Shown: positions 23,099 through 36,155 of the stretch, in pieces
Numbering within the stretch: the stretch's first letter is position 1
How the letters are laid out: each line of letters begins with the position of its first letter
Assembly: GCF_009914755.1 (NCBI RefSeq)
Contig: NC_060925.1
Reading direction: 5' to 3' (one strand)
Length of the DNA stretch: 64,000 nucleotides
From: the human T2T-CHM13v2.0 reference genome, Homo sapiens
The notes under the pieces: model-generated
The model's database searches: none
What the model saw: the letters and a program-made list of their open reading frames with translations, nothing else
Told to the model about the DNA's origin: nothing
Position numbers and translations under genes: made by a program

Positions 23099-25004
23099 AC
23101 AAAAACTCTGTTCTACTTGTTTGGAGCTCTTATGATAAGCTTTAAAATGAGTCACTTCTGACCCTAGGGATGAGGAGAGTGCAGTTGCTCTCTAAACTAT
23201 TTACTCAATAAACTGACATCAAGATATAGAAAAATACAGTAGATCTTAGAGGAATCAGATTAACCATAGAAGTTTGAAATAAAGTTTCCCCCAGCTCTCA
23301 GAAGCAGAAAAATCTGAACTGGTCCCAAATATAAAACTTGTTCTTAATATATGTCACATAAGCAAGCTCCTTTTCCCCCTGCCATGGTTGCAAGGAAACC
23401 CAGCGATATATCTGTGGTGCTACACTAGCGAACATGCCAGCAAATACATAGGACCACGGATGCATGGTTTGTGAATTCATGGTCGCTGGCTTTCATTACT
23501 TTCCTCATATTTTCTCTCTGCTGATTACCTCAAGCATAAATTCTGCCATCCCAAACTGAATAGGATATTTATAAGTCACTTCAAATCATTTCTGGAATGA
23601 GATGGTACATAAAATAAAAATAAATACATTTTCAAAAGGACTCCTTTTTTAAAAACTGAAGCTTCATATGCAAAAGCTGTAAAACCCAATGGGACAATAT
23701 GGGCTATATTCCAAAGGTGATTTCAAACCCATACCATTTGGATAATCGACTTTGTAGCCTGCAATTTTCTGCTTTTTCAAGGCAAGAATATATTTATTAA
23801 GCTATTTATAGATTTTAACATATAATTTACTGTTCTAAACACTCATTTCTTGATCTTTGCTCTTTATACCAGACATCCATTTAGTATAGCATATATTATT
23901 CAATTGTCATAATAAGAGAAAAAAATGAAAACACTCTGTTTTAATTTAGTACAGAATTAGGTTTTAGTAACTCCTTTCCTGCTTTTTGGTTATACTATTT
24001 ATATGTATAAATTAAATAAATCGTTTTCATAAGAGTTTTAGCAAAATTTGAATGGGCTTTTTGTAATGGTTTCCACCTCCTACAAGTTTAATGATACCAT
24101 ATTGGAAGAATTATATAATCACTGAAAAGATTCCAGAAGGTAGCACAGTAGTCACACTGCACCTATTCAAAAGTGATATGAAAGGTCAATTCCATTTAAG
24201 ATTTCAAATATACACTCTAATTTTAAAGCTGCCGAATATCTCACATATACTCTTGAACACTTTACACGTAATAGTGGCAGTGTTAGTTTAAGAAAAATGT
24301 GTATTTAACTTTACACTAAATATATTTAATATTTAAATATATATTTTAAAAGGTTTAGGAAACTTAAGATGACCAAAAAATGTATTTCCAATATTTCTAC
24401 AACGCCCAAGATTCATGGCCTCCAGGCAAGTAGGAAGCACATGGCTGGTCTGGCCTGCTCTCACAGCACCCTGATGTGTTTGGTTGATGATTTATTCAAA
24501 CCCAGTTTCAAACCTTCCATTAGCTCCCTCATTGCTTCAATACAACCAGTCCACCATTCATAATGTCAAGGACTGATACATCGCGACTGGGACTTCTTAG
24601 GCCTCCAAACTTGTAGAAATGTCTTATTTTTAGTTGTTAGCATATATCAGACTATAAACAGTATTGTTCCATTCTTTCATACTCTTCCCTTTTTGTAAAA
24701 TACTTTAGAATATATCTATCCACTTTTAAAGCTAACCTATCAAAGGAAACATACTTGAATAATAAGTAAACATGGCATTTTAGAGATTTGTTTGCTTGTG
24801 CTTGACAGTGATGACCCTTAATGCCTCTTAATTAATCACGGGTAAACAGTACTGGCTTTTATAAAAGAAAAATAAATGATAGTATGTACAACTTGACAGG
24901 AATAAGTGACCAAGTGACTAAAGTCTTGATGAGATCTTCTAAAACAGATGACATAGACGTGACCACTTACCTTACCTTAGTCTGATAGTTATGAGTCTCC
25001 TACA

Positions 25005-25245
25005 TTAAAAAAAAAAGAATTTACCGCAATGGATGAATCTTAAAAGCATAATATTTCAGAAAAAAAATCACAGAAGAATGCATAGAGCATAATTCTATTT
25101 ATATAAAGTTAAAAAATGGGCATGTTAAAAAAAAGCAAGGAATGTTTAACTAAAAATTAAAAATTCAGGTTATTGGTTACCCAGGAGATGGGAGGCATAG
25201 AGAATGACATTTGAAGAGGCACATAAGGGACTTCCTGAATTCCTG
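25005..25245 (+). mobile_element. Ancient L1M (L1MC/ME-like) 3' fragment
   Basis: ATGGATGAATCTTAAAAGCATAAT..ATTCTATTTATATAAAGTT..GGTTACC..GGCACATAAGGG. Confidence 0.7.
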
Positions 25246-26933
25246 TGAAAACTTTGAAAAAACCAATCCCATAAATCAGGAAAAAAAATCTGAGGTTGGT
25301 TGGTGGATAGTGGGCAAAAGCTTGTTCCTTTATAATTATTTTGGTAAAAAAGGTTTATTAATATTTGCAGGGCAAAAAGGGTTTATGGTATAATAGCTCA
25401 GTTCGAAATGTCAGTCCTGATATTATGAAGGCTCAGAAAGTCTTCTCGAGAGAATTTCCTGATGTTTTGCCCATATCATCAGGAATTTCGACAGAGGAAT
25501 AAAATGGCACTCTATCTTCTGGACAGCTTGGTGTTTGTCTTTGGCTGTCAAGCAAAAAGGGCTGCAATTCCACTCATCTGGAGAAGATTAGAATACTCCA
25601 CAAAATCAGAGAAAATTGAAAATAGAATAATGGAATGCTGGCCAGTGATTTTTTCCAACTTACTTTGGAAGAGGGCATAGCCCCACCTTGTAGCAAAGGA
25701 ATTAATGAGCTAAATTCCCAACAGCAGTAAATATTGTAAGATGAAAATATACGTAAGTACTTAAATTTCAAGTCATGAAGCATAAAGGCCAAAGATTACA
25801 TTACATGGAAATTCTTTATTGAAAGGGGGAAAAGTCCACTTGATACATAAATAGCATTTTATTTTTGATTCTCAAAAACTTTTATAAACTAATCATTTAT
25901 TCAAATAATCATAAGTGTTAAAATATATGTACCTAGAGGCTGTCAATAAAAAGAAAGTTCCAGTTTAAATTTCAAGTTTAACACTCAGTGGTTTCAATAT
26001 TTTTCAGATGTTTCTTTAAAATCACATGCACCTGCTCCAAGAAGAGGAGAAGCGGGTGTTTATACTATAATTATCTAGAAACCATTTAACTTCAGGATGA
26101 AAATATACATATATATATATAAATATATGCACAGACATATACCAGCACACTATATATACTATACTATTGCATGTATACATATATATATTCAACTAAAAAT
26201 TTGAATAAAAATATACTTTTTGTTTCATTAGAATTACCCCTTAAAGAAATTTAAAATTAAAATCCTCTTTTAATCCCATGTACTGTGCAATAAGCCTTGT
26301 ATTACACATTATATCAACGGAACACAGATATTCCCTGAAGAATTGGCTCAGGAAAGTGCTACAACATGGCAGCCTGTCCCATCCCCCTTTGGCTTGGATT
26401 CCAATTAAGTCTAACCATGAGGGAAAGACCTTCTGCCAAAAGCGTAACAAAGGGAAAAGACAATGTTAGTCTGGGCCATGGGGAAATTAAAGGCAATAAT
26501 ACAGACTGCTGCTCCTAGAATTGCCCCTCTGATCTAACCTGGGAAATGCTGAAAGGGACTGGTGTGAACAAATCATGTCCTCTTTCTTCCGATTTATTGG
26601 TTTATTTCTCTATAACAAACCTTCAGTACATCAGGTTTAGAGTGAAACTGCAGCATACACAGACCAACGAAAGGACAAGGATGAGATCTCTTGGATCCTG
26701 TGTTCTTATCTTTGTGTCCCTTTTGATGGCTGTGAAATGTCACCAATCTCTTCACCTCCCAGAGCCTGGTTCACTCCTCTGAGGCCAGGTTTTCACAGCA
26801 AGAGACAGGTGGACACCTGGCATTTTGTCTACTCTTTGGACCAGAATGTGGGCAGTTGGTTTGTTGGTGCTTGAATCCTGACATAATGAATAAACAGGAT
26901 ACTGAGTTCTAACCCCACTTCTGCCACCATGTT

Positions 26934-27422
26934 CAAGATTTTCAAAATGTGGTCCAGGGACCCTGGGGTCTCTGAAATCTTTTCAGGATGTCTCTGAAAT
27001 CAAAACTCTTTCATAATAACACTAAGGTGTCATTTGCCTTTTTCACTCTTGTTTGCTCACAAGTACACCATGGAGTTTTCTAGTGGCTACATGACATATG
27101 ATATTATAATAGCTTAAATGCAGAAGCAAATATGGGAATCCAGCTATCTTTCATTCAACTAGCCATTAAAAAGATCGACAAAAAAAGGCAAGACGACACC
27201 AGTCTTCTCACTAATACAAACGTATTTTTCATAAAATATGTTATTTTATTTATAAGGTATTTATTACTATTATTTTTAAAGGAATGAATATTTAAAATTA
27301 TTCTTCAATAACTAATACAATAAACATTGATTGATACAACTCACTTAAACTAAAGTTCACTGGGGTCCGTAGTAATTTTTAGGATTGTAAACTGATTGAG
27401 ACCAAGGAGTTGAGACCTGCTG
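26934..27422 (+). mobile_element. Charlie4a-like hAT DNA transposon
   Basis: TCAAAATGTGGTCCAGGGACCCTGGGGTC..TTTCATAATAACACTAAG..GGAGTTTTCTAGTGGCTACATGAC..GCAGAAGCAAATATGGGAATCCAGCT; ends GAGACCTGCTG. Confidence 0.8.
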
Positions 27423-29039
27423 GACAAGGTGATTTCTGACCCTTCTCGGCATATAATTCTTTGATATCCTATACATTATCAGATATTATCACTATAGAGA
27501 GAAACTTCATAGCATAGCTAAACTCTTCAATTTACCTTGGCCTGTATAAACACAATCTATAAATAAATAATAATATTTTAAAAATTAAACAAAAATTGGT
27601 AATTGCCTACACAGTGAACCTATTAGACTCCTAGTCTTCTGAATAGAGTCCACACACAATTAGTTATACCTGAATTACTCTGCATTTTGTGATCTTTATT
27701 TCTGAAATATTTATTCTAAATTTTGTACCTAGAACTAGCACCTATCCCAAAGTCAGCCACTTGTGAAATGGCTATCAGAGAAGCTCATGCAGTGACTCTG
27801 AGGAAGAATCCTATTCAACAGGGTTATTATACACCAAACACTGAACTAGTCAATCAGATCTTCACCTTGGGGAATTTGATGTGACACGTAGAGAGGTCTA
27901 TAGAGAGTAGTGGGCCACACACTTTGAAAGACACATAGGCAGTAAACCAAAGCTGTGAAGTAGTAGAAGCCATAGGTAGTAGAAGCTACTATTAAAGAGA
28001 AGTCATGATATAGCAGAGAACTAGAGCAGAGAGAAAAGGCATCAGTAAATGCAGTGGGAAGAAAAGCAAAGTGAAAAATAGAGGCAGAAGCAAGGACAAA
28101 TGAAAACTGCCACACAAAAATGGGATAGTGCTGGAGTTGCTACTGGCCTGCCGGGAAGGTGTTGTGCATAAGGTTTCAGGTCTCCATGAGCCGACTGTTC
28201 AATTGTCAGAGTGGGTACCTGTTCTCCTCACGTCCATGCCTCTGTACGATAGCCAAGGCAACAGAGGTGTGTCTATTTCTTTATTTCCCAGGAAGTCTAA
28301 CACAGCTCCACAGTGTTGGAGTATCTATTAGGAAATTAAAATGTAAAGAAATGAGCAAAGGAAGAGTAGTACATTTGTGTAAAGCAAATACATAAGCAAA
28401 ACCTTTAGAGAGTTATGTGCATGAGTCCCTTTATATTTTGTATATTGTAAACAAACGCATAATCTTTAAAGAGCTATCGCTTCCCTCCTATTTAAGGACC
28501 TCAGAAAATAAAATTGCCATTTAACAGCAGGAAAGGGAAGAAATGGCCAGCACTGAGCCAGGTGACAGCCAGTTAAAAAAGCAAAAGGTGAAAGAAGTGG
28601 GACAAAGGTAATAAAGGGCAAGTGTCATAAGAACTCATAAGAGTTCTATTCTCTGGGAACTTGCAAGAGAGATAAGCTAAGAACAGCAGCTGGGAGCAAA
28701 AATCATAATAAACTGAGATGATCAGAGGCCAAAATAGATTAAAAGAACCCAAAATTCCAAAGAACTCCTTTTGTGGTTCCCTAAGAAATAAAATATCTTA
28801 GATTTTTAGATGGCTGGTCTGACTCCATTGCTAAAGTATATAGAAAAGTTAGGACACCACAGATTTCACTGGCTTACCATTCATTTACTAACACATTTCT
28901 TCACTTACTTGATCTTTCATTTAATATATATTTTTTGCCAGGTTTCAGTTAGGCATAAGGTTGGAGTCCCTACATAGATTACATACTAAAGTAGGAACTC
29001 GTTGGGGAATGAGGGAGATGAGAATAGACTTCCAGGCAC

Positions 29040-29740
29040 CATTATGGCTACAAGGACAAAACAGACAGAATCCACACTTCCAAGAGCTGACAATCTAGGA
29101 AACAAGATGCTAAGTTCCCAAGGGGCCAAGCAGGTATAATCTACACCTTTAAAAAGTCAGCCATGAGTCTTGGTAAGGGGTAAGGATTACTCCTACCAGT
29201 GGGGAGGAGGAAAGTTTTTCATGAAGGAATGTTTTCACTGGGTCTCTAAAGGTGAGTAGTTTGCGGCAGGTGAGGAACTGTACAGAGGGCATGTAACTGG
29301 AGGGAGAAGGGAAAAGCAAGCCACAGAGACAGGCACAAATGAGGCCTCCCTGAAGACAGTGAACAGGTGGATGGGCACAAAGTGCACTGAGTACGGAGGG
29401 AGATGAGGCCAGAAATGACACATCAGGGGCAGAGCATGAGGGTCCGGATGCTAAGATATATGGTTTCTTCACTTACAAGATAATAGGAAATTGTAAAGGC
29501 TTCAGTGTAGAGGAATGACATAAGAATTACCATTTTAGGGGCTTACTGTGTGCTAGTATAATTTTATATAATAATCACAACTTAACAACAAAATAGATCA
29601 TTTTTATTCCTATTGTACTTAGGAAAAAACTAAGGCTTATGGAGCTCAGAGAGCTTGACCAAGATCACAGAGCAAGTAGCTGACCTGGATTCACAATCAG
29701 GACAACTGAACTTAAATACTCACGGTATTAACTGCTAAAA
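29040..29740 (-). mobile_element. L2 fragment (~29040-29520) followed by MIR (~29520-29740)
   Basis: CAAGAGCTGACAATCTAG (L2); AGAGAGCTTGACCAAGATCACAGAGCAAGT (MIR). Confidence 0.7.
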
Positions 29741-29742
29741 GT

Positions 29743-30123
29743 GTGATATGGTTTTGTTCTGTGTCCCCACCAAATCTCGTATTGAATTGTAATCCCCAGT
29801 GTAGAAGGTGGGGTCTTGGAGGAGGTGATTGGATCATGGGGGTGGGGTTCTCATGAATGGATTAGCACCATGGCCTCAGTGCTGTTCTCCTTGCGCTAGT
29901 GAGCTCTCGTGAGATCCGATTGTTTAAAAGTATGTGGCACCTCCCGCCTCTCTTGCTCCTGCTCCGGCCATGTAAGACCCGCCTGCTTCCCCTTTGCCTT
30001 ATGCCATGATTGTAAGTTTCCTGAGGTCCCTCCGGAAGCAGAAGCTACTATACTTCTTGTACACCTCCAGAACTGTGAGCCAATTAAACCTCTTTTCTTT
30101 ATAAATTACCCAGTCTCAGGTAA
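29743..30123 (+). mobile_element. MSTA-like MaLR solo LTR, 3'-truncated
   Basis: TGATATGGTTT..GTGTCCCCACCAAATCTC..GGATCATGGGG..CCATGATTGTAAGTTTCCTGAGG..GAACTGTGAGCCAATTAAACCTCTTTTCTTTATAAATTACCCAGTCTCAGGTA. Confidence 0.92.
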
Positions 30124-30830
30124 TAAGCTAAACTCCACCCTTCTCTCTCTAATATGACCATAAAAATTCAAAAGTCTTATGAAGATTGGATTGGTCAGGA
30201 AAAAGGCAAGAGGCAGAGGGACCAGTTAGGAGGTCACCACATGTTTGCAGATGACAGAAAACAAATCTGGTGACCATGGAAAGGGAAGAAAACGGCTCAT
30301 GTAACATTCATACTGTTGCTGAGTCAGGGTAACAGCTTTTAATCATGGGAATACACAGAGTGGGTAAGGCAGAAGGTAGCTGTTCCTTTGTGTCCATTCC
30401 TTACACCCTCAAGTCATATCCCACTTTTAAACCCTTCTCAACCTACCTACAGAACTCAGCATCTGTTAGAAGTCTCCCAAAAATTCAGTTTCATAAACAC
30501 CATGACCACATATTGGGATCCTTACCAAAGATTTTGTGAAGAAAACAGAAATGGGGATTTTCCTCACATTTACACAGTAGCCAATAGCTTCAAAATCCCC
30601 AACAAGATACTTACCTTCTCCCAATCTTCTCTCACCCACACCTACCACAAGATTTATCTCAAATCTCATTTTGCTTTTTCCTTTCTCTCTCTTTATTCTC
30701 TCACATAGTACCTCTCTCACTTCTAGAGTTTTTCCCTGAGAATTTAAAATTTATCAGACCTTTATAAGTGAAGCAATATAGTCCTGGATATTACTCCAGC
30801 TTTTTCATAGCCAAATCTCTCAAGGCCATG

Positions 30831-30986
30831 AAACCATAAAAACCCTAGAAGAAAACCTAGGCAATACCTTTCAGGACATAGGCATGGGCAAAGACTTCAT
30901 GACTAAAACACCAAAAGCAATGGCAACCAAAGCCAAAATTGACAAATGGGATCTAATTAAACTAAAGAGCTTCTGCACAGCAAAAG
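30831..30986 (+). mobile_element. Isolated internal L1PA ORF2 fragment (156 bp; no tail, no TSD)
   Basis: AAACCATAAAAACCCTAGAAGAAAACCTAGGCAATACC..CTTCTGCACAGCAAAAG (encodes [25 protein letters not shown]). Confidence 0.95.
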
Positions 30987-31529
30987 GGTTCCTTCTAACA
31001 GGAACTCTCCACCCTATGAAGGAGTTCAACTGCCATCTTTTGTTTCTCAAGCAACCCTGAGGTGCTCACCACCCATCTCAATTAACTGTTCTAAGCATTT
31101 CTCGCAAACGTGCGTCAGTTCGGTGTCCCCAAGGGGAATCCTGCTGACAGAAATTTTATTTATATAGTTGCAAAGTTACTAGTACAGGAGCACACAGGAC
31201 TTCAAGCCTGGATCACTGGGAGGATCACTGTGGCTTCATCAGAAATCCGAAAATAAAGAGCTGGAAACAGGACCAAAATCCTTGAAAGAGGTTAGGGCTG
31301 GAAACTTGAATTTGGGGTGCATTCAAGATTGAGTTGACACAGGAAGAGGGAATGAGAAAGAAAAGACAGAGAGAAGAGAAGCCTGAAGGAACTGCATAGG
31401 GAAAATGTATGATGATAAGGCAGGTGCAGGAAAAGGAATGTGTGAAGAAGACAGCAAAGCCAGAAGCACAGAATAAGAAAATGAGAAAAAAATTCTGTCC
31501 TGGAAGCCAGAGCAGGAGAGATTTCCAGG

Positions 31530-32293
31530 TTGCTCAGCTGCAGAGGCCAAAAATACAGAAGCCATCTTTGATTCTTCTTTTTCGCTCACACCCCACATCC
31601 AATCCATCATCAAATCAGGTTGACTCACCCTTCGAAATGGCTCAGTCTGACCACCCTTCACTCTTGTCATTTCTACCAGCTCAGTCCAGGCCATCTTGCC
31701 TAAGATTGCTGCAAAAATCTCTGCTTCCGCTCTGCCTCTAATGTTCGAAACCCAGCATGGCAGTCAGAGTGAGGCTTTTAAAACGTCATGCAGATCACAT
31801 TAGTTCTCTGCTCAAAAACCCTTCACATGCTCTCAAGTCTTTCAAAGCCAAAGTCCTTACAATTGATAACAACAAGTCCCCCGTGATCTGGCCAGGAACC
31901 ACTCTGATTTTGTCTCCTACCACTTGCCCGGCTCACTTGCTCCACTCTGTCATGGCCTCCTCCTTCTCCTCCTAGAACCTATCAGGCACATTCCTGCATT
32001 TGGACCTTTACATCCGCTATCTCCTTTTCCTTGAATTCTCAAGTGAGACATCTAGGGTTCAAAAAGAGGTAAGGTCATATAAGCGCCAGCCCCATAAGTC
32101 TTACAATTGATGGTGATTTTAATTAGACAATATGGTTTTTATTTATATGTCAATTCCTTGTGGTCTATATTTTTCCTGTAATGTGTAAGGGCAGAAATTT
32201 TTATTTGCTTTATTCATCCATAGATTTCAAGTACCTAGGACAGTGCCTGAATATACTAGGCACTCAATAAATGTTTTTTGAATGAATAAATGA
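31530..32293 (+). mobile_element. L2a-like element, apparently nested in an older antisense L2
   Basis: CACACCCCACATCCAATCCATCA; CTCTGCTCAAAAACCCTTC; GTGCCTGAATATACTAGGCACTCAATAAATG..GAATGAATAAATGA. Confidence 0.85.
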
Positions 32294-35200
32294 GGATGGT
32301 GTGCCCACAAATACCAAATGCTGCAGATAAGTCATATAACTCATAGATTTAAAAGGTATTTAAAAATTCGGGAATAAGATGATCATTATTTCTTTCTAAA
32401 AGCACAGGCAAGGTCATAAACCAGTGTAAATGATGAAGTGAAAGCAGGAAACCTGAGAGCCACTTTCTAGAAATTATACAGCAGTGTTTTAAAAAATAAG
32501 GTGGCAGGTATTAGTTACCTTTACTTGGAGTTTGTCATGGAAGGAAAGTTGAGAAATAAGACCTTAGCTTGTAGGTCAGGGGCAGATAAATGGTGGGATG
32601 GGCTGCCAATGAAGGTTTATAAGGAGAGAGAGACCCACGGTTTGCAGGCAAAAGGTACAGCTCCAGAGAGCACTGAGTTGCTGAAGATGTAAGAAACAAG
32701 TAATAATTGGCTCTGTGAGAGGAAAAGTAAAAGAGAGAAGAAGAAAACAAATAAGGTGGAAGAAGAAAAAAAAGACATGGAGCAGTTTAATAAAAAGAGT
32801 CACTTGGAAAGATGGTCAGAACAGCCCAGTGGACAATGATAAAATGCTCCTAAAATTATAATCACCTTACATATTAGATCTCACTCCTGTGGTACAGCAG
32901 AAAGAACTTCCATTTACGGCAAGGAGGCATTTGAACCAACTAAACTGAATACCAGTTTAAAAAGGAAAAGTTCAAAGGTAAGAGGTAAAAGCAGATGAAA
33001 GTCAAATGCTTAATCATCTTAAGACAACTGCAAGAAGATGTCCAACTAGTAAAATAAACAGGCAATCCTTTTAGTTCTTCAAAAAGGGATTGCCAGCTTT
33101 TGCAGCTATCAAGATATCCACTAAACATCTAAACTTGAAACTTCAGCTGGAAATTAAACCCACTACTCCATGCTGTGAATGAAGGGCTCTGATCTTAAGA
33201 AGGTTGGAAAACAGGGTGGAAAAAAGAGAGAAAGAAAGAGGCAATTTTCATTAGTGTCTGCAGTCAGCTAGAGGGATATTCAAAATCGCATTTCAGATGA
33301 AGTATGAGCATGAGCAATATATTCACCTGGTGCTCACAAATCCCAAGGAAAGTTAATTAGCCACTTGGGGATGTAGTTACAGTTTCTCTACTGTAGATGC
33401 ACTTTGGGAAAAGGGCAATAAGTTGGAAAGAGTTCTGCCAGGAATGAGATTAGTTTATACACTGGTTTCAAGCCCTAGTTTTTCACATATGTGAAAAATG
33501 AAACTAGAAACATGTGCTCTGAGGTTGCACCTGATTCATTCCTTGTTTTAAGTCAGACACCTAGAGTGGTGATCAGGCCTGTTGCTTTATAGGAGGATTC
33601 ACTCAATCTTTCCCCAGAGGGCTTATCAAAGTCCTCATCAATATTTTCCACAAGAGGACAGTGATCCCTTTTCCCAGGATCAGGAAGGATATATGTGACT
33701 TTTCCCACTTCTTCTATCCCATGTTAGATCCATCAACACATTTCATCACTTAGTTAACTCAAACCTGCCTCAATGGAGCACATTTTATTGTTACAGCTTC
33801 CAAAAATTCTAAAGAGTAAATTTCCCTTCTATTGTACCAAAAGCCTTTAAAAAAATCAGAACAAGTCTCATATATATCCAAAGTAATCAAACTTTCTTTC
33901 CTGGTGTGCTCAAAATCTTTGTTAGCTTGTAGACATTTAAATCCTGTGCAACTCTTTTGTCTTTTAAAGCAAAACCCAGCTAGCTTACATGTCATGAGAA
34001 GTAAGCACACATCCTTTTTAGAAAATCCTATTACTATATAAAGTTTCAGCTGAATAGCCACAGGTGCAAGAGGCAGTGTGTCTGAAGTTCTCACTCACAT
34101 TCTCTTTTATTATTGCCTATTTCAACCAGCATGATCTATAATGAATACATTGGGTTTTGTGCTCTTTCAGAAGTTTCAGCAAGTGTCTCCATGCCTTTAC
34201 CTTAGTGTTCCTGAGAGAAGGAGAGCCTCGAGGAGGGGTGGAAGAAATTGAAAAATACAAATAACAAATCAAAAATTACAATTGATTGGATAAACAATTT
34301 CCCTTCGTCTGTTTCTTAATAAGTGATCGATTTTGTGATCAATATTCATTATTTCTCAGAACATACCAAACTGCTTATTGAACAAATGAATGGTTGAAAC
34401 TACAATGACACAGAATCAAAAAGGTGAACTAATTTTTTTTAATAACATGGGTTGAACAGACTGTCTCATCTTACCTTGTTGTTCCACATCAATGCACTTT
34501 TCTGCATAGCCCTTTGGAAAAACGCTGAAGTTCAGGAAAACAGGAGGTAATTCATTACTCATTAAAAGAAATGGGTTATGGGAACACATGTTTGTAAGTA
34601 TGACGGCTGAGTTGCAGTTTGTGTTGGACTGTCTTTTGCGTGTTCAAAATAAACCCTCCAAGCTACCAAACCAGGATCCCCCTAAAGGCATTGCCTTTTG
34701 AAGTTAGTGTATTCCATGGATGTATACAAAGTTGAGAAGCCCAGAGCATATTTGCTTTCTAGACATACTTTTAATTGAAATTCAGGAAGATGACTAACAG
34801 ATATTTGGATTGAAATAAGTTAAATCAACTACTCATTTGTCACCATTGTCATTTTGTTTGCTTGTTCTATAACTTCCAAAGCATTTACTTGAATTCAACC
34901 AATTCTGATAAACTTACAAGCATCCAGGTTATTCTACTTTGCAGTTTCCTTCATCATCTTGAAATAATGTGGTAACTGATATATTTTTGAATGGCCATCT
35001 TCACCCTGATTTTTAGTGGCTTCGATGGTCTCGTGTACATACAAAGAGGGTATGCAGAAATGCAACTGCACTGGCAGCTAGTATTACCGCTAACCTCACC
35101 AAATTGATAACACTAATCTGGGAACAAGCTCCAATATTTAGCAGAGGTGGTCAACAGGATCCTGGCTGGATGATGAACATGCAAAGGTGGGCTCTGGCTG

Positions 35201-35929
35201 TGGCTGCTGGGACTCCCCTGCCCCTTCCAGCCTGTAGAGGAGTGAGGAACCACAATAGCTTGCTTACTTCCTTTTGGGCTCTACTTTCTTGTCCCCCATT
35301 GCATAGTCCCATAGTGTCTGTTACAAATGCCTAACTACCTGGCTGTACAAGAAATGCTGGATTGATCAATTATGAAAGCAACAAATGATTAACTAGTTTC
35401 TTTTTTTAAAAAACCACATCACTTACTTAAAGTCAGTCATCCAAGGCTTATCCAAACTACTTAGGAAAACCTCATTAAATCAGGCTCCCCTAATTAGAAA
35501 TTAGATAATTCTGACAGGAGCAAAGCTAAAGTTTACCTTTTTACTGTCTGTAAAAAAATATTTCTGCAAAGCAAAGGAATAACATAAACAAGACAATGAT
35601 TTTCTAAATTTAAAGTTCCAGGATAGATTCAATATTCTCCTAAGTATCTTGACAGCAAATTGTCAACCTTGAAGGTATCTTCATGCTATATGTAAACCTC
35701 CACCTACAGAAAATAAAGCTTTAATTGTAAAACATTCTTATCTATCACTGAAGAAGGTCTCAGTAAAGACTTTACTAGGTAACATAATTGGAGACTAGTT
35801 ATAATTAAAGCTATTTTAATATATGCATAAGTGTCTCATTTTATACTGCATCATCAGGATTCATACAAGTAAAATTTTCAGACAACTGGGATTTTTATTT
35901 TAAGTAGCAATACTAATTTATCTTAATTG

Positions 35930-36155
35930 GGCAGGTATGACACAGTGATGAAACATGGACGATCTGAGTCTACTTCTGGCTGCATCTTGGGCAACTTAAT
36001 GTATTTTTGCCTCCGTTTCTTCATCTGTAAAATGGAAATAATAATGGTAACTCTTCATAATCTTTTTCTGAGGATTCTATGAGATAATGCATTAAAAAGC
36101 TCTTAGATAAATGTTTGTTTCATAGTAAATGCTCAATAAGTTCAAATTACTACTA
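35930..36155 (+). mobile_element. MIR SINE
   Basis: GCCTCCGTTTCTTCATCTGTAAAATGGAAATAATAATGGTA; CATAGTAAATGCTCAATAA. Confidence 0.85.

Noticed and set aside
27850-28330. Possible old ERVL-type LTR, including a GTAGTAGAAGC duplication
   Set aside because: I could not match it to a family with confidence; it needs a Dfam search.
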